Assembly: GCA_016927565.1 (NCBI GenBank)
Contig: JAFGMK010000006.1
Location: 37,942-101,941, forward strand
Length of the DNA stretch: 64,000 bases
Direction of reading: 5' to 3'
From: Minisyncoccota bacterium
GTDB lineage: Bacteria; Patescibacteriota; Microgenomatia; PFEM01; JAFGMK01
The notes under the pieces were generated by a model. That model did no database searches. It was not told where the DNA came from and worked only from the letters and a program-made list of their open reading frames with translations. Positions 25,235 to 35,173 of the stretch are shown here, one piece after another. Numbering within the stretch: the first letter of the stretch is position 1; each line of letters begins with the position of its first letter. The translations under genes were made by a program, and so were the position numbers.

Positions 25235-25798
25235 ATGGAAGACTCCCGTTTAAACAAGGTTCGCGATTTTTACAAAAATCACCACCGATTACCCTCTTAC
25301 TCGGAAATGCTAAGATTGTTTAAACTGGCTTCTAAGAATGCGATTTATAAAATTGTTAAAAAATGGCAGGAAACCGGCCTGGTAGAAAAAATCAACCATA
25401 AACTGGCTCCCACCAAAGATTTTTTCCGCCTGCCATTTTTTGGTTTGGTCAAGGCCGGCTTCCCCACCGGCGCTGACGAAGACCACCGCTTCTTAAGCCT
25501 GGAAGATTATTTAATCGATAAACCCCAAGCCTCTTTCTTACTAACGGTTGACGGCGATTCTCTCTCCGGCATCGGCATCTTACCGGGAGACTTGGCCATC
25601 ATCGAGAAAAGAACCGAAGCCCGGACAGAAGAGATTGTCTTAGCTTTAATCGACAATCATTGGAGCCTAAAAATTCTCCGGCGGCAAAACGGCCGGCTCC
25701 GGCTGGAATCAGCCAATGAAAAGTATCCCCCCCTCTACCCCAAAGAAGATTTACAGATCTTCGGAGTTTTAAAAGGAGTAATTAGAAAAATTAAATAA
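25235..25798 (+). CDS. lexA: LexA-like repressor (wHTH plus S24 peptidase)
   Basis: N-terminal wHTH. VKAG/FP carries the Ala-Gly cleavage site, GDSLSGIGI carries the Ser nucleophile, and LKILRR carries the Lys. Confidence 0.7.
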   Translation: MEDSRLNKVRDFYKNHHRLPSYSEMLRLFKLASKNAIYKIVKKWQETGLVEKINHKLAPTKDFFRLPFFGLVKAGFPTGADEDHRFLSLEDYLIDKPQASFLLTVDGDSLSGIGILPGDLAIIEKRTEARTEEIVLALIDNHWSLKILRRQNGRLRLESANEKYPPLYPKEDLQIFGVLKGVIRKIK

Positions 25799-25803
25799 AA
25801 TCC

Positions 25804-27036
25804 ATGTTTCAAATCCATCCCTGGCCCAACGCCATTCTTCATCTTGACGCTGACGCCTTCTTTGCCTCAGTGATGCAGGCCGTCAACCCGAATTTAAAAG
25901 GAAGAGCAGTGATTGTCGGCAGGGAAAGAGGCATCGCAACGGCAGTTTCTTATGAGGCTAGAGGATGGGGTGTTAAACGGGGAATGAGACTGAACGAGAT
26001 CAAAAGGACTTGCCCCCATTGCCTTTTGATAGACTCGGATTATGAACTTTATCAGCTTTTTTCCCAAAAAATATTCAAACTTTTAAGAGAATTTTCTCCT
26101 GCGATTGAAGAATATTCAATTGACGAAGGCTTTGCTGATCTTAAAGGCCTGAGACGGCCACTTCGGGCCAGTTACCGTCAAATCGGGCAAGAAATCAAAG
26201 AAAAAATCGAAAAATCACTGGGAATTACAGTTTCAGTCGGCATTTCTTTGACAAAATCGCTCGCTAAACTGGCTTCCTCTTTCCAAAAACCCTCCGGCCT
26301 GACCGTAGTTGACGGGTTAGGTCTGGAAAAATTCCTTTCTCAAATCCCTTTAAAAAAAGTTTGGGGAATCGGCGAACAAACCAGCGCCTACCTGGAGAAG
26401 CTGGGATTGATCAGCGCCCTGGATTTAGCCCTTAAACCGGAAAGTTTTATCAGCGCTTATTTGATTAAACCCCATCTTGAAATCTGGCATGAGCTTCGGG
26501 GAGAACAAGTTTACCTTTTAAACACCCACCCCAAAACAACCTATCAGAGTATCTTAAAAAGCGAGACTTTCCGGCCGGCCACTAATGAACCCCATCTGCT
26601 TTGGGCCAGATTGTTAAATAATATTGAAGCGGCCTTTACCAAGGCCCGGCACTATCAATACTCGGTTGGCCAGGTGTCTCTTTTTTTAAAGAGTCAGGAC
26701 TTTATTTATCATACCAGCCAAGTCCGGCTTCTGGAAAAAGCCGCTTATCCTTTTTTAATCAGAAAGGAATTAAAAAAAAGTTTTAACGGCCTTCTTTCCC
26801 GGCAAACTCTTTACCGGACTACCGGTTGTTGCTTATCAAATCTTCAAGATAACCGTCAGTCTCAATTGAGTTTTTTCCCCCCAAGTCAGGCCAAACTTAA
26901 TAAAGCAGTTAAATTTTATCCGCTATATGAAAACAAAAAAATTGATTTTGGCACTAGTCTTTTTGATCCTCAACTCGGAAAAAGAAGAAAAAAACAACCC
27001 CGGACCCGAATCCCTTTTTTATCTCTTCCCGCTTGA
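25804..27036 (+). CDS. Y-family DNA polymerase (DinB/UmuC-like)
   Basis: ILHLDADAFFASV is the Y-family catalytic motif. 410 aa. Starts 5 nt after the lexA stop, so the two form an operon. Confidence 0.8.
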   Translation: MFQIHPWPNAILHLDADAFFASVMQAVNPNLKGRAVIVGRERGIATAVSYEARGWGVKRGMRLNEIKRTCPHCLLIDSDYELYQLFSQKIFKLLREFSPAIEEYSIDEGFADLKGLRRPLRASYRQIGQEIKEKIEKSLGITVSVGISLTKSLAKLASSFQKPSGLTVVDGLGLEKFLSQIPLKKVWGIGEQTSAYLEKLGLISALDLALKPESFISAYLIKPHLEIWHELRGEQVYLLNTHPKTTYQSILKSETFRPATNEPHLLWARLLNNIEAAFTKARHYQYSVGQVSLFLKSQDFIYHTSQVRLLEKAAYPFLIRKELKKSFNGLLSRQTLYRTTGCCLSNLQDNRQSQLSFFPPSQAKLNKAVKFYPLYENKKIDFGTSLFDPQLGKRRKKQPRTRIPFLSLPA

Positions 27037-27081
27037 CTTTTCCAAACCTTATCCTCCTGATATGAAATAAACCTTGACAAA

Positions 27082-28095
27082 TTATTTCTGATTCAAAGCC
27101 CGACGGATAATTCCCACCAGACTGTTAAAGTGGCATTGGTCATAATCGCTTCGGTAAAAACCGCCTTTAAACATGGGGGCTAATTTTTGCAAACTGGAAA
27201 GAACTAAACCAATCTTTAGGGCCCGATCAAACAAATCATCCTGAATCCGTTTTGATTTTTTAACTTCTTTAATTAATTTTTTTCCCAGCTTGATATTTTC
27301 CCAAGCCCGGGTATAAAAACTAGCCACATCCAAGCCCCAATCAAGAAGGGGCAAACAAGACCAATAGGCGCTTTCCCAATCAAGCAAAACCGCTCTTTTG
27401 GTCCCAAAGAAGACATTATTGGGAGCCAGGTCGCCGTGAATTAAAACGCCCGGGGCTTGTTTGGCTTTGAAGAATGATTCTTTAAACTTTTTAAAAAAAA
27501 GAATGACAGTTTGGCCATCAGATTTCAGCCAATTCAAGTCGGAAACTTCTAGAGCCGGATAAAGAGTTTCAAGGTGCTCCCGAATCCGACTTTCGACTTC
27601 GTTGATAATGACTGATTTTTGCTTATTAATCAAAAGATAGGGTTTTAGCTTAATGGGAAGGTCTGACTGTTTAATTTGCCAAAGTTGACGAAGAGCATGG
27701 CCGAGAGCAATCATCTTTTTGGGTTTAAGCGAGGAGATGTTTTCTTCCCGACAAATTAGTCCCTGATTATCTCTAAAATACTGACCAACGTACCAAAAAA
27801 GGTTTTTTATTTGGCCGGAGTCAAAGATCCGCCGGGCCAGATTACTCTCCCGGGAAAGCCATTTTTGGATTAATAATTCTTTTTGGAACCTTCGCAATAG
27901 GCCGGGCTTATCACTAAAAGCGCCTTTGAAAAATAATTTTTTACCCTCGGAATTGATAAGTGGAAAATAAACAAAGCGGGGGGTCTCTTTAGTCAAACAC
28001 CGGCGAAGCTCAATTCGATCGGGCTGCCAGCTTCTTCTTTCAGTTAAAGAAAGAATCACTTTTAATCTTTGTTGATACTCGGTTTCAGATAACAT
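27082..28095 (-). CDS. phosphotransferase family protein (APH/choline-kinase-like kinase fold)
   Basis: The catalytic loop region VLIHGDLAPNNVFF...LLDWESAYW matches the HGDxxxxN...D motif of PF01636-like kinases. Confidence 0.55.
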   Translation of the reverse strand: MLSETEYQQRLKVILSLTERRSWQPDRIELRRCLTKETPRFVYFPLINSEGKKLFFKGAFSDKPGLLRRFQKELLIQKWLSRESNLARRIFDSGQIKNLFWYVGQYFRDNQGLICREENISSLKPKKMIALGHALRQLWQIKQSDLPIKLKPYLLINKQKSVIINEVESRIREHLETLYPALEVSDLNWLKSDGQTVILFFKKFKESFFKAKQAPGVLIHGDLAPNNVFFGTKRAVLLDWESAYWSCLPLLDWGLDVASFYTRAWENIKLGKKLIKEVKKSKRIQDDLFDRALKIGLVLSSLQKLAPMFKGGFYRSDYDQCHFNSLVGIIRRALNQK

Positions 28096-28114
28096 TTTTT
28101 TAAGACAAAATCTC

Positions 28115-29122
28115 CTAAACTAAAGCGGCTCTTAACATCTTGATCAGGGTATTAAAATGCCGCCGGTCATAGTCTGTTTGACAGATCCCAAACTTAAACA
28201 TCGGGGCAATTTTTTGCAGAATGGAAAAGACCAAACCAATGGTCAGGCTTTTGGGGAAAAAAGGCTCTTTTGCCCAAGGCGATTTTTTTACTTCGGCGAT
28301 TAACTCTTTTCCCAACTCAGGCCGTAACCAGGCCCGGGTGGAAAAATTAGCCACATCAATGCCCAAAGCCAAAAGGAGATTATCGGTCCAACAAACCCAT
28401 TCCCAATCAAAAATAACCAGCTTATTTTCTTTAAAAAAAACATTGTTCGGCGCCAGGTCGCCATGGACTAAAACTCCCCGGCCATTCTGAAACTTGACGA
28501 TCTCTTTTTTTAGGCTTTTAAAAAAGCCTAAGATTGCTTTTTCATCTGCCTCGCTCCAATCCAGTTTAGTTTTACCAAAAGCTCCTCTTAGGGTTATCAG
28601 ATAACGCCGCGTCTTGGTGATTAATCTTTCAAAGGTCTTAATATTTTTCGGGGCTGATGATAACTCTTTAAAAAGATTCCGGGGGATTTGACTTTGTTTA
28701 ATTTGCCACAGTTTTTTTATCTCCACCCCCAGAGCGCGCATGTGTGCCAACGTCAAAAGGGAAATATCCTCATCCAAACAAACAATACCATTCTTACCCG
28801 AATAATAAGGACCAATATACCAAAAAACCCTGCCTTCTTGGGAAAAATCAGCTACAGGCCTAACCGGCCCGCCTTGCCTGGCTAACCAAACCTGAGCTGC
28901 CATTTCCTTCCTGAGGTTGTTACCAAGAGACTGGCCGCCAATCAAACAGCCTTTATAAAAAAATTCTTTTCCGGCAGAGTCGGTGAAAGGAAAGTAAAGA
29001 AAGCGGGGCTTTTCCTTTTTAAGAACTTTATTAACTTGAGAATAATTTATCTGCCAACCTTTTTTTTGAGCTAAGTCAATCAAAAAGTCGAGGTTTTTTT
29101 GCTGATTCTTTTGGGAAAGCAT
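28115..29122 (-). CDS. phosphotransferase family protein (APH-like), tandem paralogue of the 27082-28095 gene
   Basis: VLVHGDLAPNNVFF...IFDWEWVCW. Same length and overall collinearity as its neighbour. Confidence 0.55.
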   Translation of the reverse strand: MLSQKNQQKNLDFLIDLAQKKGWQINYSQVNKVLKKEKPRFLYFPFTDSAGKEFFYKGCLIGGQSLGNNLRKEMAAQVWLARQGGPVRPVADFSQEGRVFWYIGPYYSGKNGIVCLDEDISLLTLAHMRALGVEIKKLWQIKQSQIPRNLFKELSSAPKNIKTFERLITKTRRYLITLRGAFGKTKLDWSEADEKAILGFFKSLKKEIVKFQNGRGVLVHGDLAPNNVFFKENKLVIFDWEWVCWTDNLLLALGIDVANFSTRAWLRPELGKELIAEVKKSPWAKEPFFPKSLTIGLVFSILQKIAPMFKFGICQTDYDRRHFNTLIKMLRAALV

Positions 29123-29284
29123 CGTTTAAACTTTAATTTAATCCAGAGCCTTAGTCAAACCCTGAATACCGGCACCTTCCTCCAAGTGGAAAAATCCACG
29201 ACGGAAGTCTTAATTTTGTGCTATGATTGGGACAAAGAAGGTTATCCAGAAAGCTTGCAGGATTAACTCTTAATTAAGAACATA

Positions 29285-30010
29285 ATGATCAAAATCCGGA
29301 ATCTGACCAAAAAATTCGGGCAACTGACAGCAGTCGATAATCTTAGTTTGGAAATCAAAAAAGGAGAAATCTTTGGGCTTTTGGGACCTAACGGCGCCGG
29401 CAAAACAACAACGATCAAAATGCTTACCGGTGTTCTTCTGCCGACTTCAGGCAAGATCTTTATTGGCCCCCATAATCTGGAAATTTTTCATGTCGAGGCT
29501 AAGAGACTTATCGGCTATATTCCCGACGAGCCCTATGTTTATCCAGAGCTGACCGGCCGGGAATTTTTATACTTCATCGGCCACCTGTTTGAGACCAGAA
29601 ATCTCAAAGAAAAAATCAGGAAACTTTTGCCGATTTACGATTTTGAGAAAACCGCTGACAGTCCTTTTAAAAACTACTCCCGGGGAAACAAACAAAAGCT
29701 GACGATTTTAGCCGCTCTGCTTCATGAACCCCGGGTTTTAGTTATCGATGAGCCGATTCTGGGCCTTGATCCTTTGAGCAGTCAAAAAACAATCAAGATC
29801 TTTAAAGATTTTGCCCAGAAAGGCGGCTCGATCCTGGTTTCCACCCACACCCTCGCGATTGCCGAACAAATCTGCCACCGGATCGGTATTATTGATCAAG
29901 GCAGGCTTATCTTTGACGGAAATCTCAGAGAGCTTTCCGAGAGACTTAAAGAAAAAGGCAAGCACTTGGAAGAACTTTACCTGAAACTGACCACTAACAG
30001 CCAAAAATGA
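29285..30010 (+). CDS. ABC transporter ATP-binding protein
   Basis: Walker A GLLGPNGAGKTTT, signature YSRGNKQKL, and Walker B LVIDEP. Confidence 0.85.
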   Translation: MIKIRNLTKKFGQLTAVDNLSLEIKKGEIFGLLGPNGAGKTTTIKMLTGVLLPTSGKIFIGPHNLEIFHVEAKRLIGYIPDEPYVYPELTGREFLYFIGHLFETRNLKEKIRKLLPIYDFEKTADSPFKNYSRGNKQKLTILAALLHEPRVLVIDEPILGLDPLSSQKTIKIFKDFAQKGGSILVSTHTLAIAEQICHRIGIIDQGRLIFDGNLRELSERLKEKGKHLEELYLKLTTNSQK

Positions 30011-31659
30011 TTGACCCGGCTTTTTTTACCCTGCAAAAAAATAAATTAAAGCTGCTGCTGGCCTGGTTTAAAAACGGCAATTGGGCTCGAATTGTCGTTG
30101 CCGGCTTAACCACTGCAATTTTTATTTCACTCGCCCTGGGGGTTTTCGGGTTTGCCTATGCCGGGTTTTCCTTTTTGGGCCAATACCCGGAAGCAAGCGA
30201 GCCGATTATCGCCTATACCCTGGCAGTTACTTTCATTTTGACTTTGTCCCTGACTACTTTTTCCGCCTTTGCCACCAGCCTAACCAGTCTATTCCAGAAA
30301 GATGATAATCATCTCCTTTTAAGCCTGCCCATCAGATCAACCATTATTTTTGAATCACGACTGATTGATATTGTCCTGATCTCCAGCTGGCCTCTTCTGG
30401 TTTTTGGTTTACCCCAAACTTTGGGCTATGGCCTGGGAGTCGGGCTTGACTGGGGGTCAATTTTTATTTTTTTGTTCGGTTTTTTGACGCTGGCTCTTTT
30501 CTCAGCCCTTGCCGGAGTAATCACCGCCATGATTATCAGCCGTCTTTGGGGAAATCTAAAAAGTGCTGCTTTAAGCTGGTTCAGTTTTTTGCTCACGCCT
30601 TTTTTAGCCTGGGGACTGATCAAGATTCTTCTGCCAGCGCCTCTTTTGGTTAACTTGGAATCTCTTTCTATCCCGGAAATTGCCAGCCTGATCAAAAACC
30701 AATTCTTTCTTTATGAATTTTTACCGACTACCTGGCTGGTTAATCTCATTATCTACTGGCCCCAACAATCAAGACTGGCTCTTCAGAATTTAGCTTTAAT
30801 CTTTCTTGCCTATTTGGCGCTTCTGATTTTTGCCGCTCTGTTAAAAGACGCTTTTTACCGAAAAACCGTCAATCAAACTGCCGCCGGCAAATTTATTGCC
30901 GGCGACCGGGATCAATCCGGGAAAAAGGGGCGTTTCTTCCCCTACTTTCTTCCAGGCCGGATAGGCGCCCTGATCGAAAAAGACTGGTTAGTTATTTTCC
31001 GCTCACCCGGCCAATTTTTCCAATTGCTTTTTATTGTCTTTCTGGAGTTGATTTATTTTTTGATTGTTTCTCAAATCCCGATCGCCAGAATCCGGCAACT
31101 TTTCCCAATCTGGTATGAAAACAAAATAATGGCTTTAAACTTTTTATTTATCAGCTATTTGGCTACTGTTTTGGCAATGAAGTTTTTATTTCCGCTGATT
31201 TCCCTGGAAGGCCAAAGCAGCTGGATCATCTGGAGCGCACCCATTTCCCGAAAAAAAGTTTTTGGAGCAAAACTGATCTCTTCTTTTTTGATTATCCTAA
31301 TCTGGCTTGAAGCCTCGACTGCTCTTTCTCTTAAAACTCTTGACCTTTCTTTGAGTTCGGCTAAATCTTTTTTTCTGGCAAATCTGCCTTTAGCCCTTAC
31401 TCTAACCGCTTTAACTCTGGGAATCGGCGCAATTAAGCCTAACTTTTGGGAGAAAAATGCCGAAGTACTTTCCACCAGCCCCAGCGGCCTCACAGCCACT
31501 CTGCTTTGTCTAATTTACACCGGCCTGGTCAGTTTCTTATTATTTACCCAGAAAGAGCTTAACTTTAATTTTCAGGCAATAATCTGGCTGATTAGCTTGT
31601 TATTGATCATTCCGATCCTTTTTGAAGCCAGCCGAAGAATCCAACACCACGAAACCTAG
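30007..31659 (+). CDS. ABC transporter permease (large polytopic membrane protein)
   Basis: 550 aa with more than 10 TM helices. Translationally coupled to the ATPase through an ATGA overlap. Confidence 0.55.
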   Translation: MIDPAFFTLQKNKLKLLLAWFKNGNWARIVVAGLTTAIFISLALGVFGFAYAGFSFLGQYPEASEPIIAYTLAVTFILTLSLTTFSAFATSLTSLFQKDDNHLLLSLPIRSTIIFESRLIDIVLISSWPLLVFGLPQTLGYGLGVGLDWGSIFIFLFGFLTLALFSALAGVITAMIISRLWGNLKSAALSWFSFLLTPFLAWGLIKILLPAPLLVNLESLSIPEIASLIKNQFFLYEFLPTTWLVNLIIYWPQQSRLALQNLALIFLAYLALLIFAALLKDAFYRKTVNQTAAGKFIAGDRDQSGKKGRFFPYFLPGRIGALIEKDWLVIFRSPGQFFQLLFIVFLELIYFLIVSQIPIARIRQLFPIWYENKIMALNFLFISYLATVLAMKFLFPLISLEGQSSWIIWSAPISRKKVFGAKLISSFLIILIWLEASTALSLKTLDLSLSSAKSFFLANLPLALTLTALTLGIGAIKPNFWEKNAEVLSTSPSGLTATLLCLIYTGLVSFLLFTQKELNFNFQAIIWLISLLLIIPILFEASRRIQHHET

Positions 31660-32041
31660 AAAGACAGCAATTTCCCAAGCGCTATACCTGTTGCGCCCGG
31701 AAGGCGGTATTAGTCTGTTTGCTTTCATTTTTTAATTCCTGATTTAAAATTGAGGGTAAAATAAGCCATCTGATCAGTAATTTCCTCACCAGCCACAGAA
31801 TAGCTCATCGCCACTCGAAGATAAACAGCCGTCGGTTGAGTTTGATAAGGGGCGTCTAAGCAAGGCGCGCTACTCCTCACCAGGATAAAGTTCTTTAAGC
31901 CTGTCCAAGTATGCTCGGGATAATTCTCCTTGCTGAAAAGCCGCCTCCGGATTAAACTCCAGGAAATACCCTGAAGGCAAAAATTAGACTAATAGATTCT
32001 TAAAAAAGGAATTTCCGGGTAAGCCCAAGGCATATAACTTT

Positions 32042-34345
32042 TCAATAAAGGTCAGCAAACAAAACAGCGCCGCGGGGATAAAAACCCAAAGTGATCTGAG
32101 GCGGATAAAGCGGCTCTTTAAAATAATAGCCATCAGCCCAAGCCTGGGGATTGTCCAAAAGTAAAGGGAAAAAAATATCCTCCGCCTGACCGGAAAAGTC
32201 AAAAAGTTTTTGGGAAATAAAGTCGGCCATAAGGCTATGGGAAACCCACCCTAAGCCCAAATCCTGATATTGGGTTAGCTTGAGGCCAATGAGAGTTCCA
32301 TTTTCATCTTTGGCTAAACTTTTTTGATAGGCCTGAGGATAAGCTTGGCGCAGAAGAGAAACAACATTGTCTAAAGCGGGGTGCTTAAGACCGGTCAGGG
32401 CCGGGTAAAAAAGCCCGGTTATGATAGCAAAACCCTGCTCCTCAATTCCGGAAATTGTCTTGTTTTCAAAAGCTATTTTTTCCTTGAACTCGGAATCAAG
32501 CGAAAGCGGAATCAGGCCGTATTTTTCAAAAGCGGCCTCCAGAGACCGGCTAATCAGTTCTGCCTGTTCACTAGCAGTCTGATAAAAATCTTCCCGATTA
32601 AAGGTTTTGAAAATTTCAAGCGCCGAAGTATAGGCCGCCAGTTGTTTTATACCCAGATAACTGCTGTCAGGGCCCTGTTTCAGGGCAGCGTTTCCGTCAT
32701 TATCATAAGTGGTTATTCCGATTCCCTCATCGGCAATGCCGTTATTATTAGTGTCTCTTTTAGCCAGAGAAACAATCAGCTCATTTAAAAAAGGCAATAA
32801 TTCCTTAATAAAATCCTGATCCTGAGATTGGCGCCAATACCAGAAAGTCAAAAGGATAAAATTACTGTTCTCTTCCACAGGCATGCCCGAGGTTTCCCAG
32901 CCCGGAATGCCGTATGCTTGAGTGTTTTTAAGCCGGAAACGGGAACCCAGATCATGAGGAATCACCACTCCCCAATCATCTTTTTTGGCCGCTTGCTGCC
33001 AGGAGTTTAGCTCTGACTTTAAAACCCAGGGGAAAAATAACCCTTCCAGAACAGCATAGTCATGAGCCACATCCAAAGTATTCAAATACTTAAAATGGCC
33101 TTCCCAGACAAACCAGTCAAAATCCGGGCAATCAGCCTCTTCGCAAACCAACCAAGTGTTGCCCAGATATGAATGAAAGGCTTGGGCCAACAGCCATTTC
33201 CGGCGGGGAGAAATTATCTGCCGGCCGACTTTGTTTTCGAAATTGATTGTCTTCGCTAAAATTTCTTCCTCCTCAACAACAGCAAAGCGGATCACCTCAT
33301 CAAGGTCGCCGAACCAACGATGATAGGCAAAAGTAAAGAGACGATGGACCGGATCGTCTTGGGTCAGAACCTTCCCGTCTAAAAAACCGGCATAAACCAG
33401 TCTAAGAGTGTCCGTTTCTCCGGGTTCAAGCTCAATCAACCATTCGAAACCGCCGCGCTTATTGGCAATAAAGGGTTTTATCTGATCCTGGTTAGACAAA
33501 ACAACCAAAGCCCGCCGGCCCTCCTTTCTTACCCCGTCCCGAAAGTAAACAGCTTTCAAACCGCCAGACAAACCTGCCTCTGTTGCCTGACTGAAGGAAG
33601 TTTTAAGACCTGCTGACTGCTTCTGAGCGGTTTTATTAGTCAAAGAAATCTGCAAATAAAAAAAGGGGGCAACATTCATTTTATTAGCCTCGTCCTGAAA
33701 AGATTCGGTCGGAGAAAAGGGAGAGATAATCTTTAGGCTAACCAGAGCGTCTTGACTGACAAAATCCGTCTGCTGGTAAGTCAAGCCCAAATCAACTGAA
33801 GTCACTGCAAACCGGCTGTTAGGCAAAATCGGAAAGAGTCGGACAGTCTCTTTTTCGTTTCTCAAGCTGAGGTCAAAACCAGTCTCTTTATCTTCAAAAG
33901 TTCCCAAAATGCCTGAATTTATCTTATTTTCAGAAAACAACCAATCAAAATTAAAACGCGAGCCAAAACGAGAATTCATTATCGCCAGGCAATTAGGCCG
34001 GGCTTGAATCCTGCCGTCAGCTAAGAATAAATTTTCGGGGTTTACCCGTTGAGGACAGACTGACGAAGCAATATCAAGAGGGAAACTGGAAAGAGTCAAG
34101 CAGGAAGGAATTTGGGCTGATTTTTTATATCTTATAAAAACTATGCCAAAAAGAATTGCCAAACCGGAAAAAAGCAAACCTAAAATGACGGCTATTTTCT
34201 GGATTCTTTCTTGATTTTCCGGCCAAAATTTCATAAACGGTGCTTTTTTAAAAAAAAGACTAAAAGGCCTCACGAGCCCCTTAGTCTTTTTTAAATTACA
34301 AAAACTTTTTATCTTATCGGGTGATTGTAATCGTTGCCAGCTCAC
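32042..34345 (-). CDS. large membrane-anchored exported protein of unknown function
   Basis: 767 aa with an N-terminal TM (IAVILGLLFSGLAILFGIVFI). No firm family. The start may be the internal ATG at 34234, since the long form overlaps the pilin gene's 3' end by 32 nt. Confidence 0.45.
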   Translation of the reverse strand: MSWQRLQSPDKIKSFCNLKKTKGLVRPFSLFFKKAPFMKFWPENQERIQKIAVILGLLFSGLAILFGIVFIRYKKSAQIPSCLTLSSFPLDIASSVCPQRVNPENLFLADGRIQARPNCLAIMNSRFGSRFNFDWLFSENKINSGILGTFEDKETGFDLSLRNEKETVRLFPILPNSRFAVTSVDLGLTYQQTDFVSQDALVSLKIISPFSPTESFQDEANKMNVAPFFYLQISLTNKTAQKQSAGLKTSFSQATEAGLSGGLKAVYFRDGVRKEGRRALVVLSNQDQIKPFIANKRGGFEWLIELEPGETDTLRLVYAGFLDGKVLTQDDPVHRLFTFAYHRWFGDLDEVIRFAVVEEEEILAKTINFENKVGRQIISPRRKWLLAQAFHSYLGNTWLVCEEADCPDFDWFVWEGHFKYLNTLDVAHDYAVLEGLFFPWVLKSELNSWQQAAKKDDWGVVIPHDLGSRFRLKNTQAYGIPGWETSGMPVEENSNFILLTFWYWRQSQDQDFIKELLPFLNELIVSLAKRDTNNNGIADEGIGITTYDNDGNAALKQGPDSSYLGIKQLAAYTSALEIFKTFNREDFYQTASEQAELISRSLEAAFEKYGLIPLSLDSEFKEKIAFENKTISGIEEQGFAIITGLFYPALTGLKHPALDNVVSLLRQAYPQAYQKSLAKDENGTLIGLKLTQYQDLGLGWVSHSLMADFISQKLFDFSGQAEDIFFPLLLDNPQAWADGYYFKEPLYPPQITLGFYPRGAVLFADLY

Positions 34346-34736
34346 CAGTGGCGCTAGCTGTCAACCTCCCGTCAGCTTCCTCAAACAAAACATAACCGGT
34401 GGTAGCAGCGGTTCCGCTACTCGGATCCATAGGAATAGCCGGAATAAAGTCAGTCACCAGCTCGCCTTCCAAATTCAAGCCATCGGTACCGATATCTTGA
34501 GGAGCAGTCGTAATTCCGGTGGGAAAACTACCATCATTCGAAACAGCAAATTGGTGACAAGCATTCAAGACCTGATAAATATCATTTCGGCGCTGAGTGT
34601 CTCTGGCCTGGGCAAAATTCCGGGCCGGATTAACGGCAACCAGAACAATCGCCGCCAAAATACCGATAACGCCGATCACTACCAGAAGTTCGATTAGAGT
34701 GAAGCCCCTAATTTTTTTCACTTTGGGCAGTTTCAT
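34314..34736 (-). CDS. type IV pilin (prepilin-type N-terminal cleavage/methylation domain)
   Basis: MKLPKVKKIRG/FTLIELLVVIGVIGILAAIV is a class III signal peptide with GFTLIE. Confidence 0.8.
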   Translation of the reverse strand: MKLPKVKKIRGFTLIELLVVIGVIGILAAIVLVAVNPARNFAQARDTQRRNDIYQVLNACHQFAVSNDGSFPTGITTAPQDIGTDGLNLEGELVTDFIPAIPMDPSSGTAATTGYVLFEEADGRLTASATGELATITITR

Positions 34737-34871
34737 TTTTTCACCCCCCTTCTTTTTTGAGAAATTATTTTTTGATTCCGAATATGATCTCAGCTTAGCA
34801 GAGAAATAAGAAACTTGTCAATAAGCCTCTTTTCTCTGTGTTTACTCAGTTTCTTTAATAAATCGCGGCCA

Positions 34872-34910
34872 TTCGATCCCGGATCGAAATCTGCAGTCCA
34901 TCCGGAACCG
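34872..34910. repeat. dispersed palindromic repeat, copy 2 (reverse orientation, second arm degenerate)
   Basis: TTCGATCCCGGATCGAAATCTGCAGTCCATCCGGAACCG. Located in the 5' region of the pilin gene. Confidence 0.65.
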
Positions 34911-34963
34911 TTGTTCTCGTCAAAAAGTGTGAGCAGCTGCCTTTTCTCTTTATTCTTTTCAGC

Positions 34964-35173
34964 TTATTCACTCGAATAGCCCAAAGCCCGGGCCGCTCTT
35001 TTAACTGAATCAACATCCAAATAAGGCCGATTGGCTTCAACTAACACCGGATTGACTCTGAAAGCCTGAGACAAACGGTCATAGATATTTTTTCCGGAAA
35101 AGACAAAACCGCCCAAAAGAACCAGAATCAGCAGTAATTTTATTAAATTGGCAGCCTTGATTCCTTTCATCAA
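34964..35173 (-). CDS. small single-TM membrane protein in the pilus operon
   Basis: 69 aa with one TM helix. Its start overlaps the stop of the PilO-like gene. Confidence 0.35.
   Translation of the reverse strand: MMKGIKAANLIKLLLILVLLGGFVFSGKNIYDRLSQAFRVNPVLVEANRPYLDVDSVKRAARALGYSSE

Noticed and set aside
34855-35040. ORF 34855-35040 (61 aa)
   Set aside because: It overlaps the dispersed palindromic repeat copy 2 and the 3' part of the adjacent small membrane-protein gene. Its composition is driven by the repeat.
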